Origin: an uncultured Eubacteriales bacterium
Lineage (GTDB): Bacteria > Bacillota > Clostridia > RGIG6154
Length of the DNA stretch: 64,000 nucleotides
Reading direction: 5' to 3'
Assembly (NCBI GenBank): GCA_964568815.1
Contig: CAZMRY010000001.1
Location: 14,055 to 78,054 of the forward strand
Shown: piece after piece, positions 48,801 through 55,151 of the stretch
Numbering within the stretch: the stretch's first letter is position 1
Layout of the letters: each line of letters starts with the position of its first letter
The notes under the pieces: generated by a model
What the model saw: only the letters and a program-made list of their open reading frames with translations
Told to the model about the DNA's origin: nothing
The model's database searches: none
Made by a program: the position numbers and the translations under genes

Positions 48801-49599
48801 CAGCAAGAACTATTTTACCTTCCGTTTTCATATTTCTGTCATATCTTGCCTGTTCATCTCCTACTCTCGCTTCAGAAAGAATACTTATAGGGCTGAACGA
48901 ATAATCTTTTTTATAAAAATTCTGCACCACACCATATTCATTCTTTTCTCTTTGCGCCTCAGATATTCCGCTCCTTGTGTCAACTTCTCCCTTTTTATTA
49001 AGATGCACGCCTTTCGTTTCATTTGCATTTAATATTCCAAGCACAGCATTATATTCTGCCGAAAGTGCATTAAGTCTGTTTCTTTTCCTGTCAAGTGTGC
49101 TGTAATAATTATAGGCTATTTTCTGTTCATCAGTTCCGTATCTCAACACATCAGGATTTGTTTTATATAGATTATATCCACTTTCTTCAACCCCTGTAAG
49201 CTGAGGTAATTGTGCAGTTTCTCTTTGTATCTGTGTAGCAAGCTCATTTTTTCTGTTAATAAAGAAATTCTTACTTCCGTAAGCAGGAATAGAACTGTCC
49301 CTTGTGCTTCTTCTCCAATTATACGCATCTTCATCTATAAAGCTTGATTTAAAGCCGTTATATATAACTTCGTTGTTATCTTTTTGATACTGTGCTTCTC
49401 TTTCTTTTTGTCTATTGTATGCTATGGCTTCAAGTGTTGTAGTTTGTTTCCTTTCAGTTTCAGGCACATAGGCAGTACCTGTTAGCTTTTGAAGATTTAT
49501 TGAATTTCCTTTTACAGGATTATTATAATTTATAACCGCTCCCTGATTTTTCTTCTCTATCTCTTTATTATATTTTAATACATCTGTCAGTTTCTTCAT
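39859..49599 (-). CDS. giant (3246-aa) phage/mobile-element polyvalent-type protein with two zincin-like HExxH motifs
   Basis: Uninterrupted 9.7-kb ORF containing AMVALHEVTHNIENSD and TLLHEVQHAVQDIEG (HExxH). It has long coiled-coil-rich linkers and lies in the same operon as the lysis and virion genes. Confidence 0.75.
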   Translation of the reverse strand: MKKLTDVLKYNKEIEKKNQGAVINYNNPVKGNSINLQKLTGTAYVPETERKQTTTLEAIAYNRQKEREAQYQKDNNEVIYNGFKSSFIDEDAYNWRRSTRDSSIPAYGSKNFFINRKNELATQIQRETAQLPQLTGVEESGYNLYKTNPDVLRYGTDEQKIAYNYYSTLDRKRNRLNALSAEYNAVLGILNANETKGVHLNKKGEVDTRSGISEAQREKNEYGVVQNFYKKDYSFSPISILSEARVGDEQARYDRNMKTEGKIVLADDKIKAYKYYDENKDNEYDDGLFGRIGANFKSGTIGEKIADTGANSWEYATDDIEAAEVYQQLDKRLRENNKEAYTDNNAFDTFVSTLSNYAPQFINQSKAQAVGQLAGATLGVFMGNPLTGARIGGAAASSADMFRRTVGSQYVELLQNSDMSEEDIKALATNTALVEATLEFGISYIADKLIFGGKTVSKKIGAEKLEDGIMAILRKGKMSEKGAQIAVNSMKFLGKQAIEGVGEGAEEFLQTGTEIVAGKHAERGETVSAIELLKETFDFASYTKEDFAQMKSSALAGFIISAGSTGTVKSAIASYRDAVDTVNTSELGKTVKQAKLFDEYIADAVTYCKNSTNTEIVDFANRIEQKMENGKVLTDEEAGMIIKHSVVSENHNPFEITGGYVEKGLKLEQSKSGLVTVYSKDWVLSPDSAPVKVIEGLAKLSNSKIVIEDLDAVEVTDEMGNKKLVDNMGFVQDGVIHINSANAKTRLGAMVALHEVTHNIENSDLYSAYKKIAFDIMYGGENTDSYKEAYNTIAERYGDKVSGKEDIDKELVANFTMKRLDEKVINRIVMQNRNVAVRMFNALKAAYNKVKSAITGTEQDLSDIERALDIFDRALKERRKTIDNSNATPFVDEEGNVRFSKEGSGEKRYLLNENFVNDYDNWVANGRPDRQSLNIGTTSSALQSIGVKDQKITWDTNKINTSLKKHSYLTDDILKQVPEILEKPIIVMQSKGFDSRITMFGEVYDSDGLPIMAVLELLPLKDKSGVVLDEIKVVSTHSRKNNNPNSVVQTQSIIDTSDILYVEPNIKRTNNWLTRTRLQLPFGVTNYGSIKRITYPNGNVNTNNMQKGQNDAQGSNGKQHLLGGETSVVANNKTLAEARRMNLKGEPQSEIFKKTGWYKGIDKRWRYEIPDDNARFVRKGDLVFKKDHPDYARYRELLDIQNRYILEMEGGRELTEAEKKEYEKLKNIWSNTFTQNGKVTPDAGTQDRLEAYFDHPELYEAYPQLKDLRIVFKKDISEYGSYDRKNKTITIRDGMDNSFTLYTLLHEVQHAVQDIEGFARGSSVAYWENKLREEGKIGKYERRILELRQQRKEAYEGMDDRFRILVSNYYNSQRNGNLKPETIDRLYDELAEDKDYGLLFMEYDNSLFEESILLDDNTPMTAQGLYEKTAGEIEAREVVHRKGMDKEYLKKTVPYIGGDDTVFADDNYSAYKGKDNKGNDIWIVETGKDIFKGLNTPEEYRDAAYSYLIANRDNKVTVKDNNGKEIVFIRLSAEEFTHSEESAELLKNNPEMFNQKMRLVPSLQDLLMNANANWQSPDHKNHKLFKQNGFENYRGKVRIDNVIFNSVVRVGKAKFGNVFYDINLEVDSYLPHTENSASDINESTSIDNIPQSMETVNDYSMQEDKKYLLGAVISEENETTAPEYQSTAKSRTRLERYENDAVRKVADAMSVRLGTAREFLKPIIQEMSTEYMKTGKLSQETIDRLFEEAYKNGKIVNDEAYKGYADLRNYLRNTKIYFDSESAADIPDFFKDIRRYMGRLSVSSTSGTSVDSIYQELNEMHPSLFPDDILSSSDRMLKIMEVSDSLRKEEITLDAYYNTDEAKGHLKHEFEKAVYEFKDHLYEVKHFNDSLADEKPTVEIERNEKEQVAYLRNAYSELSSARKNAEKIMGKLLITEEEKEIAEKVISGAIRSEKIKSLGLNTDAINKYIEAYGTVRTLEKEIKKENTKVRAERIGRITKLLENSDNWKDKKVFGGIRYATETQERNIEDITTNPEEADAIKEAIFEPIDIHEAESNRYKNKLLDDIDKLEISQKVAKGNKHSEAYAVQFLGETQGEIEYLEEKLAKYDNGEIVDIQEDTKAQGIFDKTIGTRKNIATKEEIESYVDYAYRYSHETNVKHNNLFPKQKAQIIIGKVNKRLINDLKKEYGIDVSNVFHALNDNDIRHIKNSHGELTKEKYPITAEDQKQIPDIIENYDDVLYLKRPDGKEGIYYVKRHNGVTYYLESISDKGKILSNKQMIKVSTGTIPDIPGLKDAINKKWNIDSALNDSKVPQMYVQDVWNNDVHTDNVSQKAENVNSKKSWIEKDREKLAQLKRDADVFIDANPKLDYGKIDKCIGEFRKIYNELFEMMNEARIRNGYAPVEYRKNYFPHFVENKGDSFLNELGRAFGFDLENKFFMSDTVTSLPTEIMGRTADRKPGIKWLANALHRSKDSITDYDAIDGFAKYVTGVCDVIFHTDDIQNVRAFSNAIRYKYSDDGVKEKIAEIGENDTLTDEDKLKQISEKLQEGYKNKLGNYAVNLDKYANVLAGKQVGFLDRVVEDNLGRRTLRNWSRFQGKIGANMIVGNAKTPFMNFATIPQARKELSYVDLAYGIFHTLKNIKTPDGFDDKSTFLTNRVKVGNPDRVKTMSKPKHFLDAIGKPLEFTDALTSGLIWRARYHQNIVKRNMPSEEAIREADAYTKKLIGGRSYGSMPTLFYSKSGKVITQYMLETNNLISNITKDLSRYAKKDSKGVAEAIVRASWRFIKYSLAAELLADLFEKWFGNDGIQSPLGIVLDGIDDFTKLRVPNAFDAIEMLIEEGAIELEDEAEDPAVAIGNSVVNVLEDLPFTSIITDGRIPASAGMFDVTELVKIFSDPKKVSNKKKMDIILNEFVVPLSYRTLPAGAGQLKKTVEGINAYNKGGSYKINNKGEEELQYPIDKNIGNAIKTTVWGKSSTKGSRGWVEEGFGSLTSEQTELYQRIIEDKKTSRTDVYNAINAASKAKSVKDGDKSKTSTQVRHETLESTKGLTPSQKAEVEISFYSKGEDGKKGKREKAQDLIDFGIAPEKVAKLYYDYDVHDDVSKETKYEKFFAMTDGRTKKVYEKWEYEPELSVIKREALANDNSLSPEEKQEVNIALFGETKTQYDFSSVDGYYYSSLTENQQAGYDAYIQNYGENSMNARTFYYVTKVMNSQKDGKGSKKVDKISRLRKIGVPLNRANRIYNLLN

Positions 49600-49640
49600 A
49601 AAAGCATAGCGGTACTTTAAACAGTACCGCCGCCTCCTTT

Positions 49641-50675
49641 CTATAATATAAAGTCTTCTGTGCCGTCATTTCCCTCCGGATTGGCACTTGGTCCGGAGGA
49701 ATTCTTAAAATTTACTGCAAGCTTGGAATCTTTCAGGAAATCAAAATACATCTGACTCGCCCTTTCAGGCGTAACTCCCCAAATCTGTGCAAGTCTTGTG
49801 AAATTCCCCATGCTTGCATCTTTCAACGCCTGCTCATAAGCAAGCTGTGTCTGCTGGTCGTCATATACCTTTTCATTCCACTGTCTGTCATACATCGTAT
49901 CGGCTCTTGTATCTTCATAAGCCTTCTGCTGATATTCTTTCTGATAATCATTCATTCTTACATTTTCGTTAAAGTTCTGTGTATTAAGCCAAGCATTGTC
50001 AAGATATTGTCTCTGTGACATCTCAAAGTCCCTGTCTGAAAGCATCTTTTCATAGGCAAGTCTTGCAATATCATTTTCCGCATTGGCTTTATTTCTTTCA
50101 GCATCAGCAAGTGCTCCTGCCTTTTGTGCCTCAAGGTCAGCCATTGACTGATTTTTCTGTATCTGTGCCTGATTAAGATTGCTTAAATAGTTATTACCAA
50201 GCTCAATCAACGAGCTTTCCGCAGCTCCCCCTGTTATGCCAAGTGCCGCAAGCTGTTGAGGAAGTGCTTTTTTCTCTTTAAGATACTGATTATAATATGC
50301 TTTAGCTGCGTCCTTATAAGAATTGTCAACCGCAAGCTTGCCTGCCTCATACTGTGAATTTGCTGCAGAGATGGCAGAATTCTGTACAGAGTCTACATTT
50401 TTCTTATATGTATCAACATAACTGTCATAATAAGCATTCGCTTTATCATTATTAACGCCATAGCTTTTTGAATAATCAAACGCAGACTTTTCATCCGCTC
50501 CCTTTAAATAGTTTGCTTCAGTTCCGTAGCCATTCAAAACAAGATTATCATAATACTTTTTCGCGCTATCCTGAGCAAACTGCATTCCTGACGCATCATT
50601 CTTTCTTTTGTAGTTGTTATATTCTCTTTTCCAGTACGCAACTTCGTTTATATCTGATTTAGGATTGTATGCCAT
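49641..50675 (-). CDS. hypothetical phage protein (coiled-coil, Ala/Asn/Gln/Tyr-rich)
   Basis: 344 aa of low-complexity sequence, encoded between the holin gene and the giant gene. Confidence 0.5.
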   Translation of the reverse strand: MAYNPKSDINEVAYWKREYNNYKRKNDASGMQFAQDSAKKYYDNLVLNGYGTEANYLKGADEKSAFDYSKSYGVNNDKANAYYDSYVDTYKKNVDSVQNSAISAANSQYEAGKLAVDNSYKDAAKAYYNQYLKEKKALPQQLAALGITGGAAESSLIELGNNYLSNLNQAQIQKNQSMADLEAQKAGALADAERNKANAENDIARLAYEKMLSDRDFEMSQRQYLDNAWLNTQNFNENVRMNDYQKEYQQKAYEDTRADTMYDRQWNEKVYDDQQTQLAYEQALKDASMGNFTRLAQIWGVTPERASQMYFDFLKDSKLAVNFKNSSGPSANPEGNDGTEDFIL

Positions 50676-50687
50676 ACAAACACCCCC

Positions 50688-51083
50688 TTATTTCTTATCA
50701 TCCTTAAGCTGTTCAAGAATGTCTTTTAATCTGGAAAGATAAGGCACATCCATTCTGCCCACATTTTCAAGGATTGATATACCTTCATTTGCTATGTAAA
50801 ATCCCATTATAAGACCTCTTATTGCATCCATACCTGTTACTCTGCCGATTTCAACCGCAAGAGCTACAACCATAAGCATTGCAAGCTTTTTGAGTATTCC
50901 CTTGAAGCCTACCCTTGAATTAAGCTTACCAAGATAAAATGCAGACATAAGCCCTGTTATGTAATCTGCTATTATGCAAAAGAGCAGTACCTGAAACATA
51001 ATATCAAAACCGCCGAATAAATAACCGATAACACTCATAACCGCTCCTGCTCCTCCTTTAATTCCCATTAAAATATATTTCAT
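50688..51083 (-). CDS. phage holin
   Basis: 131 aa with 3 TM helices and a charged C-terminus (LEQLKDDKK). It lies immediately downstream of the amidase gene. Confidence 0.65.
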   Translation of the reverse strand: MKYILMGIKGGAGAVMSVIGYLFGGFDIMFQVLLFCIIADYITGLMSAFYLGKLNSRVGFKGILKKLAMLMVVALAVEIGRVTGMDAIRGLIMGFYIANEGISILENVGRMDVPYLSRLKDILEQLKDDKK

Positions 51084-51103
51084 ATTCTTCTCCTTTCAAT
51101 GCA

Positions 51104-51859
51104 TTACGAATTGACTAATTTGTAATAAACCCAATAGAGCTTACTGTCTTTTTCTCTTGCTTCGTCAAGCTCTTTTATAAAAGCTTTTTCACCTTCGAGA
51201 GTGTCAAATGTGATGCCATACTTTGCTTTTAATACATAATCAATATCATTACCGCTTTCAATTTTTGGTTGTGTGACAGTTTCTTTTACTTCTTCAGTTT
51301 GTGTTGCAGTTAAGCCGAGATAATCGCATACACCCCCAAAAATAGCTTTCGCAAATTCATTCTGCTTGTCCTTTAAAAGCTCTGCATTTGCTGTATTTGA
51401 TATAAAAGCCGTCTCAACAAGTATTGCAGGCATATCTGTACTTCTTAATACCTTTGCGTTGTATTCCTTAACACCTCTGTCAGATGTATTAAAGGTTTCA
51501 ATCAGCTTTGCCTGTACTTTCTTTGCAAGCTTTTCAGCCTCACCGCCGAATTTATATACAAGAACCTCTGTTCCGTTTGATGATGCGTTGGTATGTGAAT
51601 TGCAATGTATGCTTATAAACAAGTCACACTTGCCTTCGTTTGCAATATCGCATCTTTCTTTAAGACTATCATCAGAGTTCAAGCCTAAATTCTGTGCAAG
51701 GTATGTTCTTGTCATTAACACTTCAATCCCTGCACCTTCAAGCATAGGCTTAAGCTTAGAGGCAATACCGAAAGTAATATCCTGTTCCCTTAAGCCGTTC
51801 CCCGTTGCACCTGTATCATAGCTTGAAAAGTTATGCCCTGCATCTATACATATCTTCAT
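51104..51859 (-). CDS. N-acetylmuramoyl-L-alanine amidase (Amidase_3-type endolysin)
   Basis: MKICIDAGHNFSSYDTGATGNGLREQD...LFISIHCNS is the Amidase_3 catalytic core. The C-terminal ~70 aa is a putative wall-binding domain. Confidence 0.85.
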   Translation of the reverse strand: MKICIDAGHNFSSYDTGATGNGLREQDITFGIASKLKPMLEGAGIEVLMTRTYLAQNLGLNSDDSLKERCDIANEGKCDLFISIHCNSHTNASSNGTEVLVYKFGGEAEKLAKKVQAKLIETFNTSDRGVKEYNAKVLRSTDMPAILVETAFISNTANAELLKDKQNEFAKAIFGGVCDYLGLTATQTEEVKETVTQPKIESGNDIDYVLKAKYGITFDTLEGEKAFIKELDEAREKDSKLYWVYYKLVNS

Positions 51860-52149
51860 TCCTCAATCACCTCTGCAGACTCAACAATATCATCTTCCCA
51901 ATCTTTGAATACTTCCTCTTTCGCCTTAACATACATCTGTTCATGCAGAGGTTTTTCTTTGTCTGCAATACAAGTAACAGAAACAATATCAAGCGGCTCC
52001 AAGGTCTCCGTCTGTTCTCTGCTCTGCTGAATGGCAAAATTTGCTGTTGCCTTATTTCCTTTTATATAAATACTGTCTATTTTTGCATAAGCTGTATCTA
52101 TTGTTATTCCTTTTTCTTCAATCTGATAATTAGTTGTTTTTAATCCCAT
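51856..52149 (-). CDS. hypothetical phage protein (97 aa)
   Basis: Overlaps the amidase start by 4 nt. Acidic. Confidence 0.4.
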   Translation of the reverse strand: MGLKTTNYQIEEKGITIDTAYAKIDSIYIKGNKATANFAIQQSREQTETLEPLDIVSVTCIADKEKPLHEQMYVKAKEEVFKDWEDDIVESAEVIEE

Positions 52150-52152
52150 AAA

Positions 52153-55140
52153 TTAATACACCCTTTCTGTTGATAATGTGCCGTCATCTGACACCTTAAG
52201 CATAAATTTATTTTTGTTTGGTGAAACAAGCACAAGCTTTGGAATTTCTACATAGCCCGTAGTCTGTCTGACAGTTAGAGCATTAAGCCTGATTGCATTT
52301 GTATCTGTATCATTATTACTTCCTGCACCTATAATAAGCATTGCACTAGAGTCTTCCTCATTACCGATACCAAGTATTATTTGTCTGTCTCTTGCAGTTT
52401 TGAGTCTTCTGCCGATACTCCAGCATTGTCTATCATCAGATTGAATATTAGTTCCTATACCTATACTGTAGGGAGCCTCTATTCGTACATTATTACCAAA
52501 CGCAAGGCTATCATTGGCAGATGCAGATATGTAATTACTTATACCACCGATAATCGAGCTTCTTTCACCCTCATTTTTATTTTGTTGTCCTGCAACAAAA
52601 GCACCATTTATTCCATTGTTTAGGTTACCTGCACCTATTACAGCTGAATTTTGACCCCCTAGACTATTCTGAGTGCCTGACATTAATCCCCAACGTCCTG
52701 TATTAGTGTTGCTTATACCACCTACTATTGAGGCAGTACCATCAACTACATTCTTTTGTCCGCCTACAATACAATGCTCTCCATTAACAATATTAAGAAG
52801 TCCTGTAACAAAAGAATAATCTCCAAAGCATTCATTTTTATTACCGCCTACAATACAATACTTTCCATCTGCAACAGTAAGCTGACCTAGAGCAACAGCA
52901 CCGAAGCCCGAAGCAATAACATTTCTTCCAAAGGCAAAGCTTGTATTACCCTTTGCAACCGACTGAAAGCCCCCTGCTACATCATAATAATCAAGTGCTT
53001 TACAATGGTCGCCGAACACGACTGATGCATAACCGAGAGCTTGTCCCCCTTCGTTAAATGCTATAGCATATCTGCCTGTAACTTTTCCGTTTAGACCAAA
53101 GCCGTTAGCTCCCACACCTCTTACAAGTATCCTTCTTCCAAGTGCTGTTGAACCGTCAGCAAGTACGATGTTTCTATAGCCGACAGAAAAGGTATCATCA
53201 CCTGATGCAACATTGTCTTCACCTGATGAAAAAGCGTTTTCGCCATCAGCAACTGCAAAATATGTGCCTTTATTAAACAAAGCTTCATACCTGAGTCCTC
53301 TGAGCATAAATTCTGAATCGTGCAATATACCATTTTCTTCATCTTCTAAAGATTTATCTTCTGTGAGTTCATAAACTTTACTTGTTCGTGGATTGCCATT
53401 TGCATCATTTGTGCTTCCGTCAGCTATGTCAGGCGTATAATTCTTATAAACTGTATAACACTTATTACCCCACAGGTCTGTGTATGTATAAAGCTTGTCA
53501 AGTAGTGTGTCAGTTGTATCATCTGTTGTGAATGTGAGGTTTTCAAATTTGTATACGGCGTTAACTTTCTGTAATGTATAGATACTGCTATATACAGGAT
53601 GATTATCGCCTATAGCTTCAGGAAATTCTGAAATAGCTTCGAAATATATATGTCCATAGTCGGTATACCCACTATTCACATAATTCCCTTGCTCATCGAT
53701 CTCTTCCCAATAGTCGGAATTCGATACACTTGTTATTCGTACGTAACCCGAAAACTCTTCTCCTTTACCGTATTTTATTGATGCGTCATACACGTTACCT
53801 ATAAGTAAGCATATATCGCCAACAGAAAACGAACTACTGACTGGGGTATAGTCAAACGTTCCATCAATATAACCAAAGCCCGCCATAACGCCATAATTAT
53901 ACCCTCTGCTCTCAGCTGGAGCATATTCATAATACTCATCCGCAATCGGTTTATAATATAAATCAACAGGTAATTTAAGTTTCTCAAACTTATTTCTTGT
54001 CGAACCGAAGATTGCTGAATTTTCACCTTCGCTCTTTTCACCGATACTCTTTTTACAAAAATCGGTTACTTCTGTAAAATCGGTAATCCACCCAAAAATT
54101 GATGCTTCATCATTCATTGCATCCCATTCTCTTTTGTATAGTTTCATATATGGACTGCTTATCTCAAGATATTGAGTATAACAGGTTGGAATACCATAAT
54201 TATACAACCCTGCTTCAACACCTATCGGACATTCTTCTGCTGTTATACCGAGAGCTTGAAGAAAAGCTTCGTTTGCTAAAAAATCAATCTTTCTTCCATT
54301 AAAATATTTGTCCTTCTCTTTAGTATCTAAAGGCTCTGCCTCAAACTCTAAAAAGTTTCCGTATGCTTCATTTAGCTCCTTGATACTGGTTATAGTTCCT
54401 AAGAATTTCGCATTCAAAATTACACCCTGATTAAGCTTTTTTATATTATCTGCATTTTCTTTTCCTTTATAACCTGAATAAGCATCCTTAACTCCCTCAC
54501 CAAGATTGATTTGCGGAGATACCTCTACCCATTTATCAAGCCATATATAACATTTGATGTTCTCTTCTTTTGCAATGTCAATATACAGAATACCCTCGGC
54601 AGGTTCTTCAGTTTCAAAAGTCTCAAAATTCCTAAAATTGGTATAGCCATATTCATTGTTAACAAACCCAATCCGTACGAGCTCTTTTATTTTAGCAAGT
54701 TTTCCCTTTTCCGCATCGGTGTAGTTATTATCTGTATGTACATACTCTTCATCTTGAACCACATTTGTAAGCCCTGCAAGCTTCTCTTTTTCTTCTGTGG
54801 TGTAGTCCTCTGTAGAAAGTCCCTTTCCATCAATTATGTCGACTTTACCGCCAAGCTCTGTATACATAGTAGTTGCAAAATTTGCATCGTTTCCCAGCGC
54901 ATCTGCAAGCTCTTTAAGTGTATCAAGTGCTTCAGGTGCAGAATTCACTATATTTGCAACCTCTTCAGCTATTGTTTTTTCAATATCATCAATAAGTTCT
55001 TCAATTTTCTTTCTTATCTCTTCCGGGAACGCATCAAACACCTGTTGATTCTCTTTAACATCACCTGACAACGGATTGGTTTTGTCCTGAACCCTTTTCC
55101 CCTTAAACTCTGACTCTTTAAAACTTGTCTTTATTTTCAT
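52153..55140 (-). CDS. phage tail fibre / receptor-binding protein with Gly/Asn-rich beta-helix repeats
   Basis: 995 aa. The C-terminal half has degenerate repeats (GGNKNECFG, GGQKNVVDG, GGISNTNTG, GGQNSAVIG, GGISNYISA) typical of tail-fibre beta-helices. The N-terminal part is acidic and coiled-coil. Confidence 0.6.
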   Translation of the reverse strand: MKIKTSFKESEFKGKRVQDKTNPLSGDVKENQQVFDAFPEEIRKKIEELIDDIEKTIAEEVANIVNSAPEALDTLKELADALGNDANFATTMYTELGGKVDIIDGKGLSTEDYTTEEKEKLAGLTNVVQDEEYVHTDNNYTDAEKGKLAKIKELVRIGFVNNEYGYTNFRNFETFETEEPAEGILYIDIAKEENIKCYIWLDKWVEVSPQINLGEGVKDAYSGYKGKENADNIKKLNQGVILNAKFLGTITSIKELNEAYGNFLEFEAEPLDTKEKDKYFNGRKIDFLANEAFLQALGITAEECPIGVEAGLYNYGIPTCYTQYLEISSPYMKLYKREWDAMNDEASIFGWITDFTEVTDFCKKSIGEKSEGENSAIFGSTRNKFEKLKLPVDLYYKPIADEYYEYAPAESRGYNYGVMAGFGYIDGTFDYTPVSSSFSVGDICLLIGNVYDASIKYGKGEEFSGYVRITSVSNSDYWEEIDEQGNYVNSGYTDYGHIYFEAISEFPEAIGDNHPVYSSIYTLQKVNAVYKFENLTFTTDDTTDTLLDKLYTYTDLWGNKCYTVYKNYTPDIADGSTNDANGNPRTSKVYELTEDKSLEDEENGILHDSEFMLRGLRYEALFNKGTYFAVADGENAFSSGEDNVASGDDTFSVGYRNIVLADGSTALGRRILVRGVGANGFGLNGKVTGRYAIAFNEGGQALGYASVVFGDHCKALDYYDVAGGFQSVAKGNTSFAFGRNVIASGFGAVALGQLTVADGKYCIVGGNKNECFGDYSFVTGLLNIVNGEHCIVGGQKNVVDGTASIVGGISNTNTGRWGLMSGTQNSLGGQNSAVIGAGNLNNGINGAFVAGQQNKNEGERSSIIGGISNYISASANDSLAFGNNVRIEAPYSIGIGTNIQSDDRQCWSIGRRLKTARDRQIILGIGNEEDSSAMLIIGAGSNNDTDTNAIRLNALTVRQTTGYVEIPKLVLVSPNKNKFMLKVSDDGTLSTERVY

Positions 55141-55151
55141 TTTTCCATCTC

